NCBI GenBank assembly: GCA_963834665.1
Contig: CAWICK010000002.1
Coordinates: 20,581-84,580, forward strand
Length of the DNA: 64,000 bases
From: an uncultured Actinomycetota bacterium
Lineage (GTDB): Bacteria; Actinomycetota; Actinomycetes; Streptosporangiales; Streptosporangiaceae
Reading direction: 5' to 3'
The stretch's first letter is position 1. Each line of letters starts with the position of its first letter. The notes under the pieces were generated by a model. The model was not told the DNA's origin. It made no database searches and worked only from the letters and a program-made list of their open reading frames with translations. Positions 1 through 9,925 of the stretch are shown here, one piece after another. Position numbers and translations under genes: made by a program.

Positions 1-422
1 GCGGTATGCCCGTCCCGCCCCGTGAACCGCGCCGCGCCGTCCAGGCCCCCGTCCCGTAGCGCGGCGGCGACCACATCCTGGGACCGCTGCACCGCCGACC
101 GCCACAGCGCGTACACCGCCTCCGGGGCATCCTGCGCCCCAGTCCGCCACTCCCAGTCAGGATCGGCGTCGAAATCCACCTCGTCCCACGGCGACCCGTA
201 CGCCTGCCCGGCCAACTTAACCGCCAGCCAGTCCGTCTCTACCAACGCCATGTGCTTGACCAGCCCGCCGAGCGTCATCGAGGACGCAGCCGTCGTCGCC
301 GCCAACCCGACGCCGTCAAGGCCACCCGTCTTCCACTCGAACGTGCGACGGTTGCGCTCCAGCACCGCCAGCACAGCCTTCGCTTCCGCGGAAAGGCTCT
401 CGACGTCCACCGATTCAGTCAT
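1..422 (-). CDS. DinB/DUF664-family protein (mycothiol-dependent-enzyme-like); 3' end lies outside the window
   Basis: Own minus-strand translation from ATG at 422: MTESVDVESLSAEAKAVLAVLERNRRTFEWKTGGLDGVGL...SSMTLGGLVKHMALVETDWL. This pattern is typical of DinB_2/DUF664. It is absent from the ORF track because there is no stop in the window. Confidence 0.6.
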   Translation of the reverse strand, partial: MTESVDVESLSAEAKAVLAVLERNRRTFEWKTGGLDGVGLAATTAASSMTLGGLVKHMALVETDWLAVKLAGQAYGSPWDEVDFDADPDWEWRTGAQDAPEAVYALWRSAVQRSQDVVAAALRDGGLDGAARFTGRDGHT

Positions 423-523
423 CCGCACAGTCTAAGCAGCAGTCACCTCCACTAGAACGCTACGGAGGGAAGCCCCGACCACGGCTGGCCGACCGGCTCA
501 AGCTGGGCGCCGGTACAGGCGGC

Positions 524-1003
524 CTACGGGCACACCAGCACTGTCTGGGCCGTGTCGTAAGTGACGGGCCGCTTGCCGGGCTCGCTCACCACAAACACGG
601 TCAGCCCGAGCAGCTCGCCCATCTCATGCGGCTGAGGCATGCGCACGATCACCCGGCTGCCCGGAGCCAGGACGACCCGGTGGATCTCAGGAGTGCGCGT
701 CACGAAGTGCCCGACGCCTCGCCGCGTCTCGGCCAGGCCGATCTCGCGGAGGAGCTGCATCGCCTTCCGCACCGTGTCCCGGCTCACCCTGTACCGCTCC
801 ACGAGCTCGGGCTCGGACGGCAGCGCCGATCCGGGCGGGAGCTGCCGGACGATGATCGCACCGCGCAGGTAGATCGCAAGCTGAAGATACGCGGGCAGCA
901 TGCTCCGAGGGTTGATTACGGAGACGTCGATGATGTCGCTCACACCGTCGACTGCCCGTTGGTCGTCGACCGTAAAGTGATGTTCGTCACGTTGCGACAT
1001 CAT
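524..1003 (-). CDS. GntR-family transcriptional regulator
   Basis: 159 aa ORF. Winged-HTH motif LPSEPELVERYRVSRDTVRKAMQLLREIGLAETRRGVGHFV. Confidence 0.8.
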   Translation of the reverse strand: MMSQRDEHHFTVDDQRAVDGVSDIIDVSVINPRSMLPAYLQLAIYLRGAIIVRQLPPGSALPSEPELVERYRVSRDTVRKAMQLLREIGLAETRRGVGHFVTRTPEIHRVVLAPGSRVIVRMPQPHEMGELLGLTVFVVSEPGKRPVTYDTAQTVLVCP

Positions 1004-1324
1004 TTCCTTCCCGCGGCATCAACTTTCGGATACGGTCATGCTCCGCCTGCTTGTACGGAAGACCCGACAAGCCTACAAGCACCGGGAGGGGGCGGTGAGG
1101 GCCTGCCCGATGTCGATGTCGGGCATTGGGTATCCGGGCAGGCCCTTGCCAACTCGCCAGACCTCGCGCGCGACAGGCGCATCGTCGCAGCGGCATCACT
1201 AGCCTGCCCGCTCCGCTCGGCGCGCGCTATGCGGGCTATACCCAGTAGTGCCTTCGGCCTACGGTGGCGGGCTAGCGCAGTGCGAGCAGGGAGGTGCCTT
1301 CGGATTCAGCGCGGCCCTGACATG

Positions 1325-1801
1325 TCACTCCGGCTCCTGGATGAGCCGCTGCTCTGTTTCGACCTGGGCCGCGTCAGTCGCCGGCGGAGGTCGCACCACG
1401 GTGATATCCGTAGCTACGAAGTCATCGCCGGTGCACAGCACGGGGTGCCCCGTCCGCTCAGCGAGGGCGTAGGTGAAGCAGTCGCCGAAATTGAGGCCGG
1501 CCGGGTGCCGGCCCTTGCCATATCGCCGCCAGCCACTCATTGCACGGGCGGCCAGGTCCGCATCCACGGGCACGATGTCGATCTTTGCGTCGCGAAGGAA
1601 CCGATCGACAACGTCCTGCCCCGCGGGCCACAGCCGAGCCTCTATGACGATGCCCAACTCGACACGGATGGCGGCCGGCATCAGCCGGGCGAGGGCATCT
1701 TCAAGGTGCGCCGCAAGTTCTGCGCTTCCCGGCTCGCCGAGGATGACCGCCACTGCCGCCGACGTGTCGACGACAAGGCTCTTCCGGGTCGGCTCCGTCA
1801 A
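1325..1801 (-). CDS. vapC: Type II toxin VapC (PIN-domain ribonuclease)
   Basis: 158 aa. N-terminal LVVDTSA acidic motif and C-terminal [10 protein letters not shown]...TGDDF, typical of PIN. 4-bp overlap with the upstream antitoxin ORF. Confidence 0.85.
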   Translation of the reverse strand: MTEPTRKSLVVDTSAAVAVILGEPGSAELAAHLEDALARLMPAAIRVELGIVIEARLWPAGQDVVDRFLRDAKIDIVPVDADLAARAMSGWRRYGKGRHPAGLNFGDCFTYALAERTGHPVLCTGDDFVATDITVVRPPPATDAAQVETEQRLIQEPE

Positions 1802-2049
1802 CGCGGCAGGCCAGTGTCGTCGTAGCCGATGATCTCCTCTGGCGCCCTGTTGTCGGCGACGGGCAGGGCCGCCACATCTGCCGCCAACCGCCTCAGCCGC
1901 GTTCTCATGCTGGCGGCATGTCGGCCGTGCTCACGGTCGAGCCGCTCCCTGAGCGCGATCTCGACAGCCTCGGTCAATGTCTCACCCGTCTCGGCAGCCA
2001 GTTCCCTGGCGAGCCGGTCCGCCTCGTCGCTCTTGATACTCAACGCCAT
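1798..2049 (-). CDS. vapB: Type II antitoxin VapB (Rv0623/PSK-like)
   Basis: 83 aa. [37 protein letters not shown] is the canonical N-terminus of this antitoxin family. Overlaps vapC by 4 bp. Confidence 0.85.
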   Translation of the reverse strand: MALSIKSDEADRLARELAAETGETLTEAVEIALRERLDREHGRHAASMRTRLRRLAADVAALPVADNRAPEEIIGYDDTGLPR

Positions 2050-2082
2050 GGAAGAATTATAGACTTCATAGCAGACTTCTGC

Positions 2083-3558
2083 TTATGCGGGCTCACTACG
2101 TTGTGCCGAGGCCGGCGGGCGGGTGCCCGGCTCCTGCATCGGCTGAGTCTGGTTCGCCGGAACGACCGGAGGATTCTGGTCCTGGCTGTTCACGTACTGG
2201 TTCAGCAGGTAGTTGTGCGGCAGCGACGGGAACGAGACCCCCCGCTCGGGCCGCAGGTTCAGGGACTCGGTGAGATCGCCGCAGGTCTGCCGGCGCCAGG
2301 CGCTGATATTCGGCTCCTCGACGCCGAAGATCCGCTCCATGAACCGGATAGTTGAGGTGTGATCGTAGACCTCGCTGGAGACGAACCCGCCGGCGCTGAA
2401 CGGCGAGATGACGATCATCGGTACCCGGAAGCCGAGCCCGATGGGCCCATTGATGCCACCGGCCGATGCCGGTATCACACTGAGGTACTCATCGGCGGTT
2501 CCAGGCGGAGCGGTGGGCGGCGGCACGTGGTCGAAGTACCCATCGTTCTCGTCGTACATCAGGAAGAACGCGCTCTTGGAGAACACTCTCGGGTTACTCG
2601 CGAGAGCCTCAAGGAGCTGATGGATGACCGTCGCCCCGACCGCCGGCAGGTACGGCGGGTGCTCGCTCGAGGCGTTCGTCCCGATGATCCACGAAACTTG
2701 CGGCAGGTTGTCGTTACGAACATCCTCGGCGAAGGCCTCGACCAGGGTGCCTTGCGGGACGGGAGCTATGCCCCGCTGGTACAGCGGCGAGGTCGTCGGC
2801 GCCGTCTGGAATTGCTTGAACCATGCCAGGGGGTTGTCATCGCCGGTGTCCGGCTCCTGATAGTTGCGCCAGGTAACGCCCGCGGCCTGGAGCCGCTCGG
2901 CATAAGTGGTCCAGGTGTACGGCACGGACTCGGAGTTATCGATCACCGGGCCGCCGTTCTTGCCCTCCGGGTCGATGGTGCCAGTCCACGCGTAGAGCCG
3001 GTTCGGGTTGGTGGGCGCCATCACCGAGCAGAAGTAGTTGTCGCAGACGGTGAACGCGTCCGCGAGCGCGTAATGGAACGGCAGGTCCGCGCGGGTGTAA
3101 TAAGCCATGGTGAACGGCGCGTTGGCATCGCCGTCGGCCGCCCGGTGGGCCGGCAGCCAATTGTCCATTTTGCCGCCGTGCCACGACCCGTGCTGCGCGA
3201 TCCAGGAGTGCGACAGGTCGACCGCGGCGGCGGCGCTGGTGGCGATGGTGTCCTGGTGGAACGGCAGTTCGTAGCCGTCGACATTCTTCGGGTCGGGCTG
3301 GTACCAGACCGGTCGTCCGGTGGACAGCGTGATGGCGGTCGGGTCGCTGAACCCGCGCACGCCGCGCAGCGTGCCGAAGTAGGTGTCGAACGAGCGGTTC
3401 TCCTGCATGAAGACGATGACGTGCTCGATCTGGGACGGCGACCCAGGCCTGTCGCCGGCCGCCGCGACGGCCTTCGTGAGCGCGGCCGGTAGCGCAGCGG
3501 CCGCTCCAACGGCACCGAGGGCGCTGACGGTGTTTCCGACAAATCGGCGGCGAGACAT
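2083..3558 (-). CDS. Secreted phosphoesterase (phospholipase C / acid phosphatase AcpA family) with Tat signal
   Basis: IEHVIVFMQENRSFDTYFG phosphoesterase motif. Twin-arginine signal MSRRRFVGNTVSALGAVGAAAA. Start placed at the ATG at 3558; the track ORF extends to 3624. Confidence 0.8.
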   Translation of the reverse strand: MSRRRFVGNTVSALGAVGAAAALPAALTKAVAAAGDRPGSPSQIEHVIVFMQENRSFDTYFGTLRGVRGFSDPTAITLSTGRPVWYQPDPKNVDGYELPFHQDTIATSAAAAVDLSHSWIAQHGSWHGGKMDNWLPAHRAADGDANAPFTMAYYTRADLPFHYALADAFTVCDNYFCSVMAPTNPNRLYAWTGTIDPEGKNGGPVIDNSESVPYTWTTYAERLQAAGVTWRNYQEPDTGDDNPLAWFKQFQTAPTTSPLYQRGIAPVPQGTLVEAFAEDVRNDNLPQVSWIIGTNASSEHPPYLPAVGATVIHQLLEALASNPRVFSKSAFFLMYDENDGYFDHVPPPTAPPGTADEYLSVIPASAGGINGPIGLGFRVPMIVISPFSAGGFVSSEVYDHTSTIRFMERIFGVEEPNISAWRRQTCGDLTESLNLRPERGVSFPSLPHNYLLNQYVNSQDQNPPVVPANQTQPMQEPGTRPPASAQRSEPA

Positions 3559-3797
3559 AGCAGGCACGGCTGACCTCCGCTCGACGATGGCGTCTGGAAC
3601 CGGGGACCCTGGAACCAGGTGCACGAAATTGTGCGCGAGCTGAACAAACGTGGCAGGTATGCAAACGGGACAGTCCGGTGTCGGTCAGTTGAATACGCGC
3701 CGGCCTGACCGCCGCCACCGGCGCATAGTAGCCACCGGCCGGCGGTCCCTGGGCTGCGCTGACGAGCCGGGCCGGGCTGCGGCAAGCCTGCGAGCGG

Positions 3798-4717
3798 TCA
3801 GGCCTGGGTGCTGACGAGCTTGCGTAGCAACGCCCGGGTTCGCGGTCCCTCGGCGCCGCGCGCGTACTCGCCGGCCACGAAGTCGGTGACCCCGGCGTCG
3901 GCCAGTGCCATGATCTGGCCGGCCACCGCATCCTCGTCGCCGACGATCGCCACGTCGGCCGGCCCAGCCGCGCCCTCCTTGTCGAGCATGGCCCGGTAGG
4001 ACGGCAGCTGCCCGTAGATCGCGAAGGCGTTGGCCGCATCCGCCCGCGCCTGCGCCGGATCATCGGTCACGCAGACCGGCAGGATGCACACCACGCGCGG
4101 GCTAGCCGGCCGGCGTCGCTGGCGGCCGCGGTGATGGCCGGGACGATGTAATCGCGGACGGTGGCCGGCCCGGTCATCCACAACACCGTGCCGTCGGCGT
4201 AGCGCCCGGCCAGTCGCAGCATCTGCGGAGCGAGCGCGGCGAGCAAGAGTGTGACCTTGTCACCAACGCGCGGCACGCTAAGCCCGATATGGGCATGCAA
4301 GGTTTCGCCATCGAAGGAGACAGGCTCGCCGCGCAACAGCGGCACGAGCACCGCAAGGTACTCGCGCATGTGCCGGGCCGGCCGGTCGAAGCTATGGCCG
4401 TACATGTCCTGGATGACGATCTGGTGCGATAGCCCGATCCCCAGTGCCAGCCGGCCGCCGAGGGCGAGGTCGGTGGTCAGCGCCTGTTGAGCGAGTACTG
4501 CCGGGTGCCGCGGGTAGCTCGGCACCACGGCGGTACCGAGCTCAATGCCGGGTACCTGGCTTCCTGCGACGGCCAGTGCCGTCAGCGCCTCCAAGCCGAA
4601 AATGTTGGACATCCAGGCAGATGCGAACCCGTCGTCGACTGCCCTCCGCAGTTGATCAGCGACCTTGACCAGCGCGTCCGTGCCGTCCGGCTCAGCTACC
4701 GAGATGCCGATCCGCAT
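3798..4717 (-). pseudogene. LLM-class F420-dependent oxidoreductase, one frameshift near 4085-4110
   Basis: ORF 4067..4717 (MRIGISV...ITAAASDAGR) continues as ORF 3798..4181 (PASPRVVCILPVCVTDDPAQ...VSTQA) in another frame. The 920-nt span is not a multiple of 3. Confidence 0.7.
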
Positions 4718-4838
4718 AACAAATCTCCGTCCGCTCTGACTGGACCCCGTTCCCCTTCATGATCCGAAGGGTTTCGGTCCGATCCTTACGGGAACGCGCG
4801 GCCGGCGCAAGCGCCGTCTCGGGTGGTATACCTACGGC

Positions 4839-5291
4839 GTGCCTGACTTGCGCAAAGTCACGAGGGTCGCGGCCTACGCCGTGCTCGTGCAAGACGGCAG
4901 CGTCTTGCTGGCGCGATGGATCGCCGCCCCGGATCGCCGGATGTGGTCGATGCCGGGCGGGGGAGTTGAGCACGGCGAGGATCCGGTTGACGCGGCGGTC
5001 CGCGAGGTCGCGGAGGAGACCGGCTACTCGATCGAGATTGAGCGGCTGCTCGGCATCCACAGCGTCGGCTGGCAGTTCGAGCGCGAGCTGGAAACCGTCG
5101 AATTGCACGGGATCCGGATCGTGTACTCGGCCAGGATTACCGGCGGAGCCTTGCGGTTCGAGACCGGCGGCAGCACCGACATGGCGGCCTGGATCCCGCG
5201 CGACGAGGTGGCAACGCTGGAGCGGGTGAGCCTGGTTGACGCGGCCATCCGGTTGTACGACGAGCGCCCGCCAACAGGCCGTCTCACATAG
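4839..5291 (+). CDS. NUDIX hydrolase
   Basis: 150 aa. Nudix box [24 protein letters not shown]. Confidence 0.85.
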   Translation: MPDLRKVTRVAAYAVLVQDGSVLLARWIAAPDRRMWSMPGGGVEHGEDPVDAAVREVAEETGYSIEIERLLGIHSVGWQFERELETVELHGIRIVYSARITGGALRFETGGSTDMAAWIPRDEVATLERVSLVDAAIRLYDERPPTGRLT

Positions 5292-5410
5292 GTAGGAAAG
5301 GCGCATAACCGGTGCGACGGGCGCGCAACGGGCCGATGCCGGAAGGTCATTGCAGCCCACCATTCAGCGAGCCGCTGCCACGAAACCAGGACCGGGCTTT
5401 TGCCGCTGGT

Positions 5411-7728
5411 ATGCCGGGGGACAATAGCGACATGGAACCCGCCGCAGCTAGACGCGCCGACCGAGCCGACCGAGCCGACCGAGCCGACCGAGCCGACCGA
5501 GACGAGCCGACCGAGCCCCGGACCGCGGCGGCGGAGCTGGAGCGGCAGGCTGCGCAAGAGCGGGCGAGAAAGCACAAGCAGGCCGCCTCCCGCGCCCGGG
5601 CCAGGGCAGCGGAGCGCGAGCGGGAGACAGCGGAGCAAGCAAATCAGGAAGGTCTCACAGTCCAGTTGCCGCCAGATCGCTACCTGGACCGCGAGGATGG
5701 CTGGCTCAAGTTCGGGCAGCGGGTGCTCGAGCTAGCCGAGGATCCCAACGTCCCGCTGCTCGAGCGGGTCCGGTTTGCCGCGATCTTCGCAAGCGCGCTT
5801 GACGAGTTCTTCGGCGTCCGGATCGCTGGCCGGATCCGGCGGATGGCTACCGGGCCTACCGGTGGAGGAATGCGTCCGGTGCCTCGGCCGAGCAGATCCT
5901 GGAGAACGCGCTGCGGTTCGCGGGCGAACTGGCCGCCAGGCATGCCCGCTGCTTCACCGAGTTGCTGCAGCCAGCCCTCGCTGCCGAGGGGATCGAGATC
6001 CTGCGCTGGAAAGAGCTAGTGCCAGACGAGCAGTCCCGGCTGACGACGTTGTTCCGGGAGCGCATCTACCCGGTGCTGACGCCGCTGGTCGTCGACCCGG
6101 CGCACCCGTTCCCGTTCATCTCCGGCCTGACGCTCAGCCTGGCCCTGACCATCGCCGACCCGGACACCGGGCAGACCATGTTCGCCAGGGTGAAGGTGCC
6201 GCCGCTGCTGCCCCGGCTGCTCACCGTCGCGCCGAACAGGTTCGTGCCGATCGAGGATGTCATCGCCGCGCATCTCGGCGACCTGTTCGTCGGCCTGGAC
6301 ATTCTCGAGGACCACGTGTTCCGGGTCACCAGGATCAGTGACCTGGAGATCGACGAGGACGTTACCGAGAACCTGATGAAGTCGCTCGAGCGTGAGCTGA
6401 TGCGGCGCGCGGTTCGAGCCGGCGGTGCGGCTCGAGGTGGAGGAGTCCATCTCCGAGGACGTGCTCGACAGGCTGGTCACCGAGCTTGACGTGGACACCC
6501 GGGCCGTTTACCGGGTGCCAGGGCCGCTCGACTTGTCCGGCCTGTCCTCTATCGCGGATCTCGACATTCGGCAGCCTGAAGTATCCGAGGTTCGTCCCGT
6601 CCGAGGCGGCCTTGCCGGTCACCGGCGGGAGCGTGTTCAACGTGCTGACCGAGCACGATGTGCTGGTGCACCATCCCTACGACTCGTTCACCGCCAGCGT
6701 GCAGCGCTTCATCGTGGCAGCCGCCGCCGACTCGCGGGTGCTGGCGATCAAGCAGACGCTCTACCGGACCAGCGGCGACTCGGAGATCGTGGACGCGCTC
6801 ATTGACGCGGCCGAGGCCGGCAAGCAGGTCGTGGTGGTGGTCGAGCTCAAGGCGCGTGGTGACGAGCGGGCCAACATCGCCTGGGCGCGCAAGCTTGAGC
6901 AGGCCGGCTGTCACGTCGTGTGGGGCTTCCTCGGCCTGAAGACGCACTGCAAGATGGCCCTGGTGGTGCGCGAGGAGCCGGACGGGTCATTGCGCCGGTT
7001 CTGTCACATCGGCACCGGTAACTACCATCCGAAGACGGCTCGCCTTTATGAGGACTTCGGGCTGCTCACCGCCGACCGGACGGTGGGCGAGGACATCACC
7101 GCCTTGTTCAACCACCTGACCGGATTCAACCGCCGGACCGACTACAAGCGGTTGCTCGTCGCGCCGGCCAGGATGCGGTCCGGGCTGATCGACCGCATCG
7201 ACGCGCAGGCGCAGTTGCAGCGAGACGGCAAGCCAGCGCGCATCCAGCTGAAATGCAACGCGCTGATCGACGAGGCAACAATCGACGCGCTTTACCGCGC
7301 GTCCATGGCCGGCGTCCCGATCGACTTGTGGATCCGCGGCATCTGCTCGATCAGGCCGGGCGCGCCGGGACTCTCGGAAACGATCCGGGTGCGCAGCGTC
7401 GTGGGCCGCTTCCTCGAGCACTCGCGGATCTATGCTTTCGGCACCGGCACCGCGGATTCTGCCGGGCGAGGTCTGGATGGGCAGCGCCGACCTCATGCAC
7501 AGGAACCTGGACCGCCGGGTCGAGCTGCTCATCCGGGTGACCGACGAGGCACAGCGTGCGGAGTTGCGGCAGCTGATCGACCTTGCCATGGACCCTCAGA
7601 TCGCCTCGTGGTGGCTCGGGCCGGACGGTAACTGGACTCGGCACCACCTCGATGCATCCGGAGCGCCGCTGACCGATATCCAGGACATGCTGATCAGGTC
7701 CAGGCGGGTCCGTGGCTCCGATGGGTGA
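5411..7728 (+). pseudogene. ppk1: Polyphosphate kinase 1, needs about 4 frame changes (near 5855-5875, 6400-6410, 6563-6570, 7440-7450)
   Basis: PPK1-like sequence runs through four track ORFs in different frames: ...[20 protein letters not shown] / [20 protein letters not shown]...PVLTPLVVDPAHPFPFISGL / [21 protein letters not shown] / LKYPRF...[23 protein letters not shown]...[13 protein letters not shown] / [18 protein letters not shown]. Confidence 0.8.
5457..5515 (+). repeat. 9-bp tandem repeat (ccgaccgag, about 6 units) in the ppk1 N-terminal extension
   Basis: Direct reading. Encodes (RAD)n in the ppk frame. Confidence 0.9.
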
Positions 7729-8626
7729 TCAACGGGCGACCGATGAGGTGCGGGCTGCCGGGGCCGTGCTGTGGCGGCCCGCGGGCCGTGGCGCGCAGGT
7801 CGCCGTTGTACACCGGCCGAAATACGACGACTGGAGTTTTGCCAAGGGCAAGGTCGAGCCTGGTGAGCATGTCCTGCTCGCCGCGGTACGGGAGGTTGCG
7901 GAGGAAACCGGGCTGACGGTAACGCTGGGCCGCAACCTGCCGGAGGTCCGGTACTGCAGCGCGGGGGCCGTCAAGCGCGTCGGTTACTGGGTGGCCAGGA
8001 ACACTGGCGCGGCCGGGACCTTTTCCGCCAACAGCGAGATCGACCAGCTGGCCTGGCTCGCCGCGTCCAGGGCCGGCGCACGCCTCAGCTATCCGCGAGA
8101 TGTGCAGACGCTGCGCGAGTTCCGGGCCGGGCCGCGCCGGACATCGCCAATGATCTTGCTACGGCACGCCTCGGCGGGCAGCAAGTCAGCCTGGAATTCC
8201 GACGATGCGTTCAGGCCGCTCGACTCCGGCGGCAAGAAGGACGCCAAGCTGCTGGCCGCGCTGCTGAAGTGCTTCGGTGATTGCCGGGTGCTGAGTTCAC
8301 CAGCCGAGCGCTGCGTCGCGACTGTCCGGCCGTACGCGGCCTGCGCCGGGACGACGGTCGAGATCGAGGCGGCGCTGGATGTGACCGAGGGCGGTGATGC
8401 CGGCCTGGTAGCTAAGACGGCGGCTCAGCTCGCGGCAGACGAGCAGCCAGTAGTCATCTGCGCGCACGGGGAGAACCTGCCGATGCTTGTTGAGGCTGCT
8501 TGCGCGCAGCTCGGCGCGCTCCCGCCGGCCGACCGTTCGCTGCGCAAGGGCGAATTCGTCGTGCTGCACCGCGCCGCCGGCAAGCTTGCGGGTATCGAGC
8601 GGCATCAATCCGCCGATGTCGGCTGA
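7712..8626 (+). CDS. mutT1: NUDIX hydrolase fused to a histidine-phosphatase (SixA-like) domain, MutT1-like
   Basis: Nudix box [24 protein letters not shown]-terminal [11 protein letters not shown]...[11 protein letters not shown] histidine-phosphatase motif. Overlaps the ppk1 stop. The ppk1-mutT1 adjacency is known from mycobacteria. Confidence 0.75.
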   Translation: MAPMGDQRATDEVRAAGAVLWRPAGRGAQVAVVHRPKYDDWSFAKGKVEPGEHVLLAAVREVAEETGLTVTLGRNLPEVRYCSAGAVKRVGYWVARNTGAAGTFSANSEIDQLAWLAASRAGARLSYPRDVQTLREFRAGPRRTSPMILLRHASAGSKSAWNSDDAFRPLDSGGKKDAKLLAALLKCFGDCRVLSSPAERCVATVRPYAACAGTTVEIEAALDVTEGGDAGLVAKTAAQLAADEQPVVICAHGENLPMLVEAACAQLGALPPADRSLRKGEFVVLHRAAGKLAGIERHQSADVG

Positions 8627-8885
8627 CCACCTGTAGACGCCACGGCGTGTCCGCCGGCCTGGGTGCGGCGCATAACCATGAGGACGAAGATTGCCAGGCC
8701 AACTGCGACGGCGGCGGGCCAATGCCAAGCGCCGCCGCGTAGCCCCATCGACTGGCGAAGACGATGCCGGCAAACGCGAGCGCCGAGGTGTGCGTGTCCA
8801 CGCGGCCTGCCGGTCGTGAGCAGCCTGCACCTCTTGTGCGGGCTGCCGGGCTTGTGCGGCGCTCCGCCAGTGGCAGGCGCGGACA

Positions 8886-9413
8886 TCAGCCCGGCGCCGT
8901 GGCCGGCTGCCAGTCCAGAGTGGGCGGAAGCGCGCCTTCCAGGATCAGGAGCCATCGCTTGACTTCGATGCCCGCGCCGCCGCTGAAGCCGCCGAGCCCG
9001 TCGCTGGCCAGCACCCGATGGCACGGCACGATCACCGGAATCGGGTTAGATCCCATGATCTTGCCGACGGCCCTGGCAGGCAGGACGTCGTTTGTTGTTG
9101 CCCGCAGGCCGCTGCGCTGCGCGAGCTCGCCGTAGCTGGTCGTCTGCCCATATCCGACCGATGCGGCGAGAGTCTCGAGCACGTGGCGCTGCTGCCCCGC
9201 CGTGGCCGACCAGTCGATCGGCAGGTCGAAAGCCTTCCGGAGGCCATGGAAGTACTCGGTGAGCTGCATGCGGGCGGCGTCGGCTAGCTCGCGATGGTCA
9301 TCGTTACCCTCGGGCGCTGGGCCGAACCGGACGCGCGCGACCCCGTCGGGGCCGCAGCCAGCGCTGATCTCGCCAACCGGCGTGGATACCTGTGCCCAGG
9401 AAAGCCCGGCCAT
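8886..9413 (-). CDS. ogt: Methylated-DNA--protein-cysteine methyltransferase
   Basis: 175 aa. Active-site motif IPVIVPCHRVL. Confidence 0.9.
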   Translation of the reverse strand: MAGLSWAQVSTPVGEISAGCGPDGVARVRFGPAPEGNDDHRELADAARMQLTEYFHGLRKAFDLPIDWSATAGQQRHVLETLAASVGYGQTTSYGELAQRSGLRATTNDVLPARAVGKIMGSNPIPVIVPCHRVLASDGLGGFSGGAGIEVKRWLLILEGALPPTLDWQPATAPG

Positions 9414-9546
9414 CTGAGCATTCTGCCGGTTGGCTTGCAGGCGCCGCTAGCGAACCCTCGGCAAGCTGTCGGGCAGACCGTCTGGCGACAGCCGAACTGT
9501 CAGAAGCCGGCGATACAACTGAGGCAACGTCGGAAGGAGTATCGCG

Positions 9547-9897
9547 ATGACCGACAACATTGCAGATGTCGTCGAGGCCGAGCTCGTCGCGCTGTCGGGC
9601 TTGTTAACAGAACCACTGGAGCGGGAGTGCCTGCGATGCTTCCTGCTCAGGATGCTCAACGAGTTCGGCTGCGATGGCACTCACCGGTGGACGGTCAGGT
9701 GGCGCGACCTGCGCGCGCCGCTGGCGACAGCCCTGGTCGGCAAGCTGACAGAGCTCGGCGGATGCTGCGACTGCGAGGTCGTGCTCAACGTTTTCCCGCA
9801 TTACCCGGAGAGCGATCGGCTGCTGCCCTGCGCGGGACAGCCTCAGGCGGGCTCAGCGGTGCCGTGCAACCTGCGGGTGCTGCGCCGCACGGCATGA
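9547..9897 (+). CDS. Cys-rich hypothetical protein (possibly DUF2695-like)
   Basis: 116 aa. GGAAGGAG Shine-Dalgarno 7 nt upstream. Motif ECLRCFLLRMLNEFGCDGTHRW...GGCCDCEV. Confidence 0.6.
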   Translation: MTDNIADVVEAELVALSGLLTEPLERECLRCFLLRMLNEFGCDGTHRWTVRWRDLRAPLATALVGKLTELGGCCDCEVVLNVFPHYPESDRLLPCAGQPQAGSAVPCNLRVLRRTA

Positions 9898-9925
9898 CGT
9901 GCTTGTCGGGTCGCCGGCGGTGCGG

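Noticed and set aside
8605-8886. 94-aa minus-strand ORF whose ATG overlaps the ogt stop (TGATG) and which contains one hydrophobic helix (WHWPAAVAVGLAIFVLMVM).
   Set aside because: The composition is largely Arg/Gly/His-rich and third-position GC is only moderate. Alternative frames show equally plausible hydrophobic stretches, so there is not enough support to call a gene.
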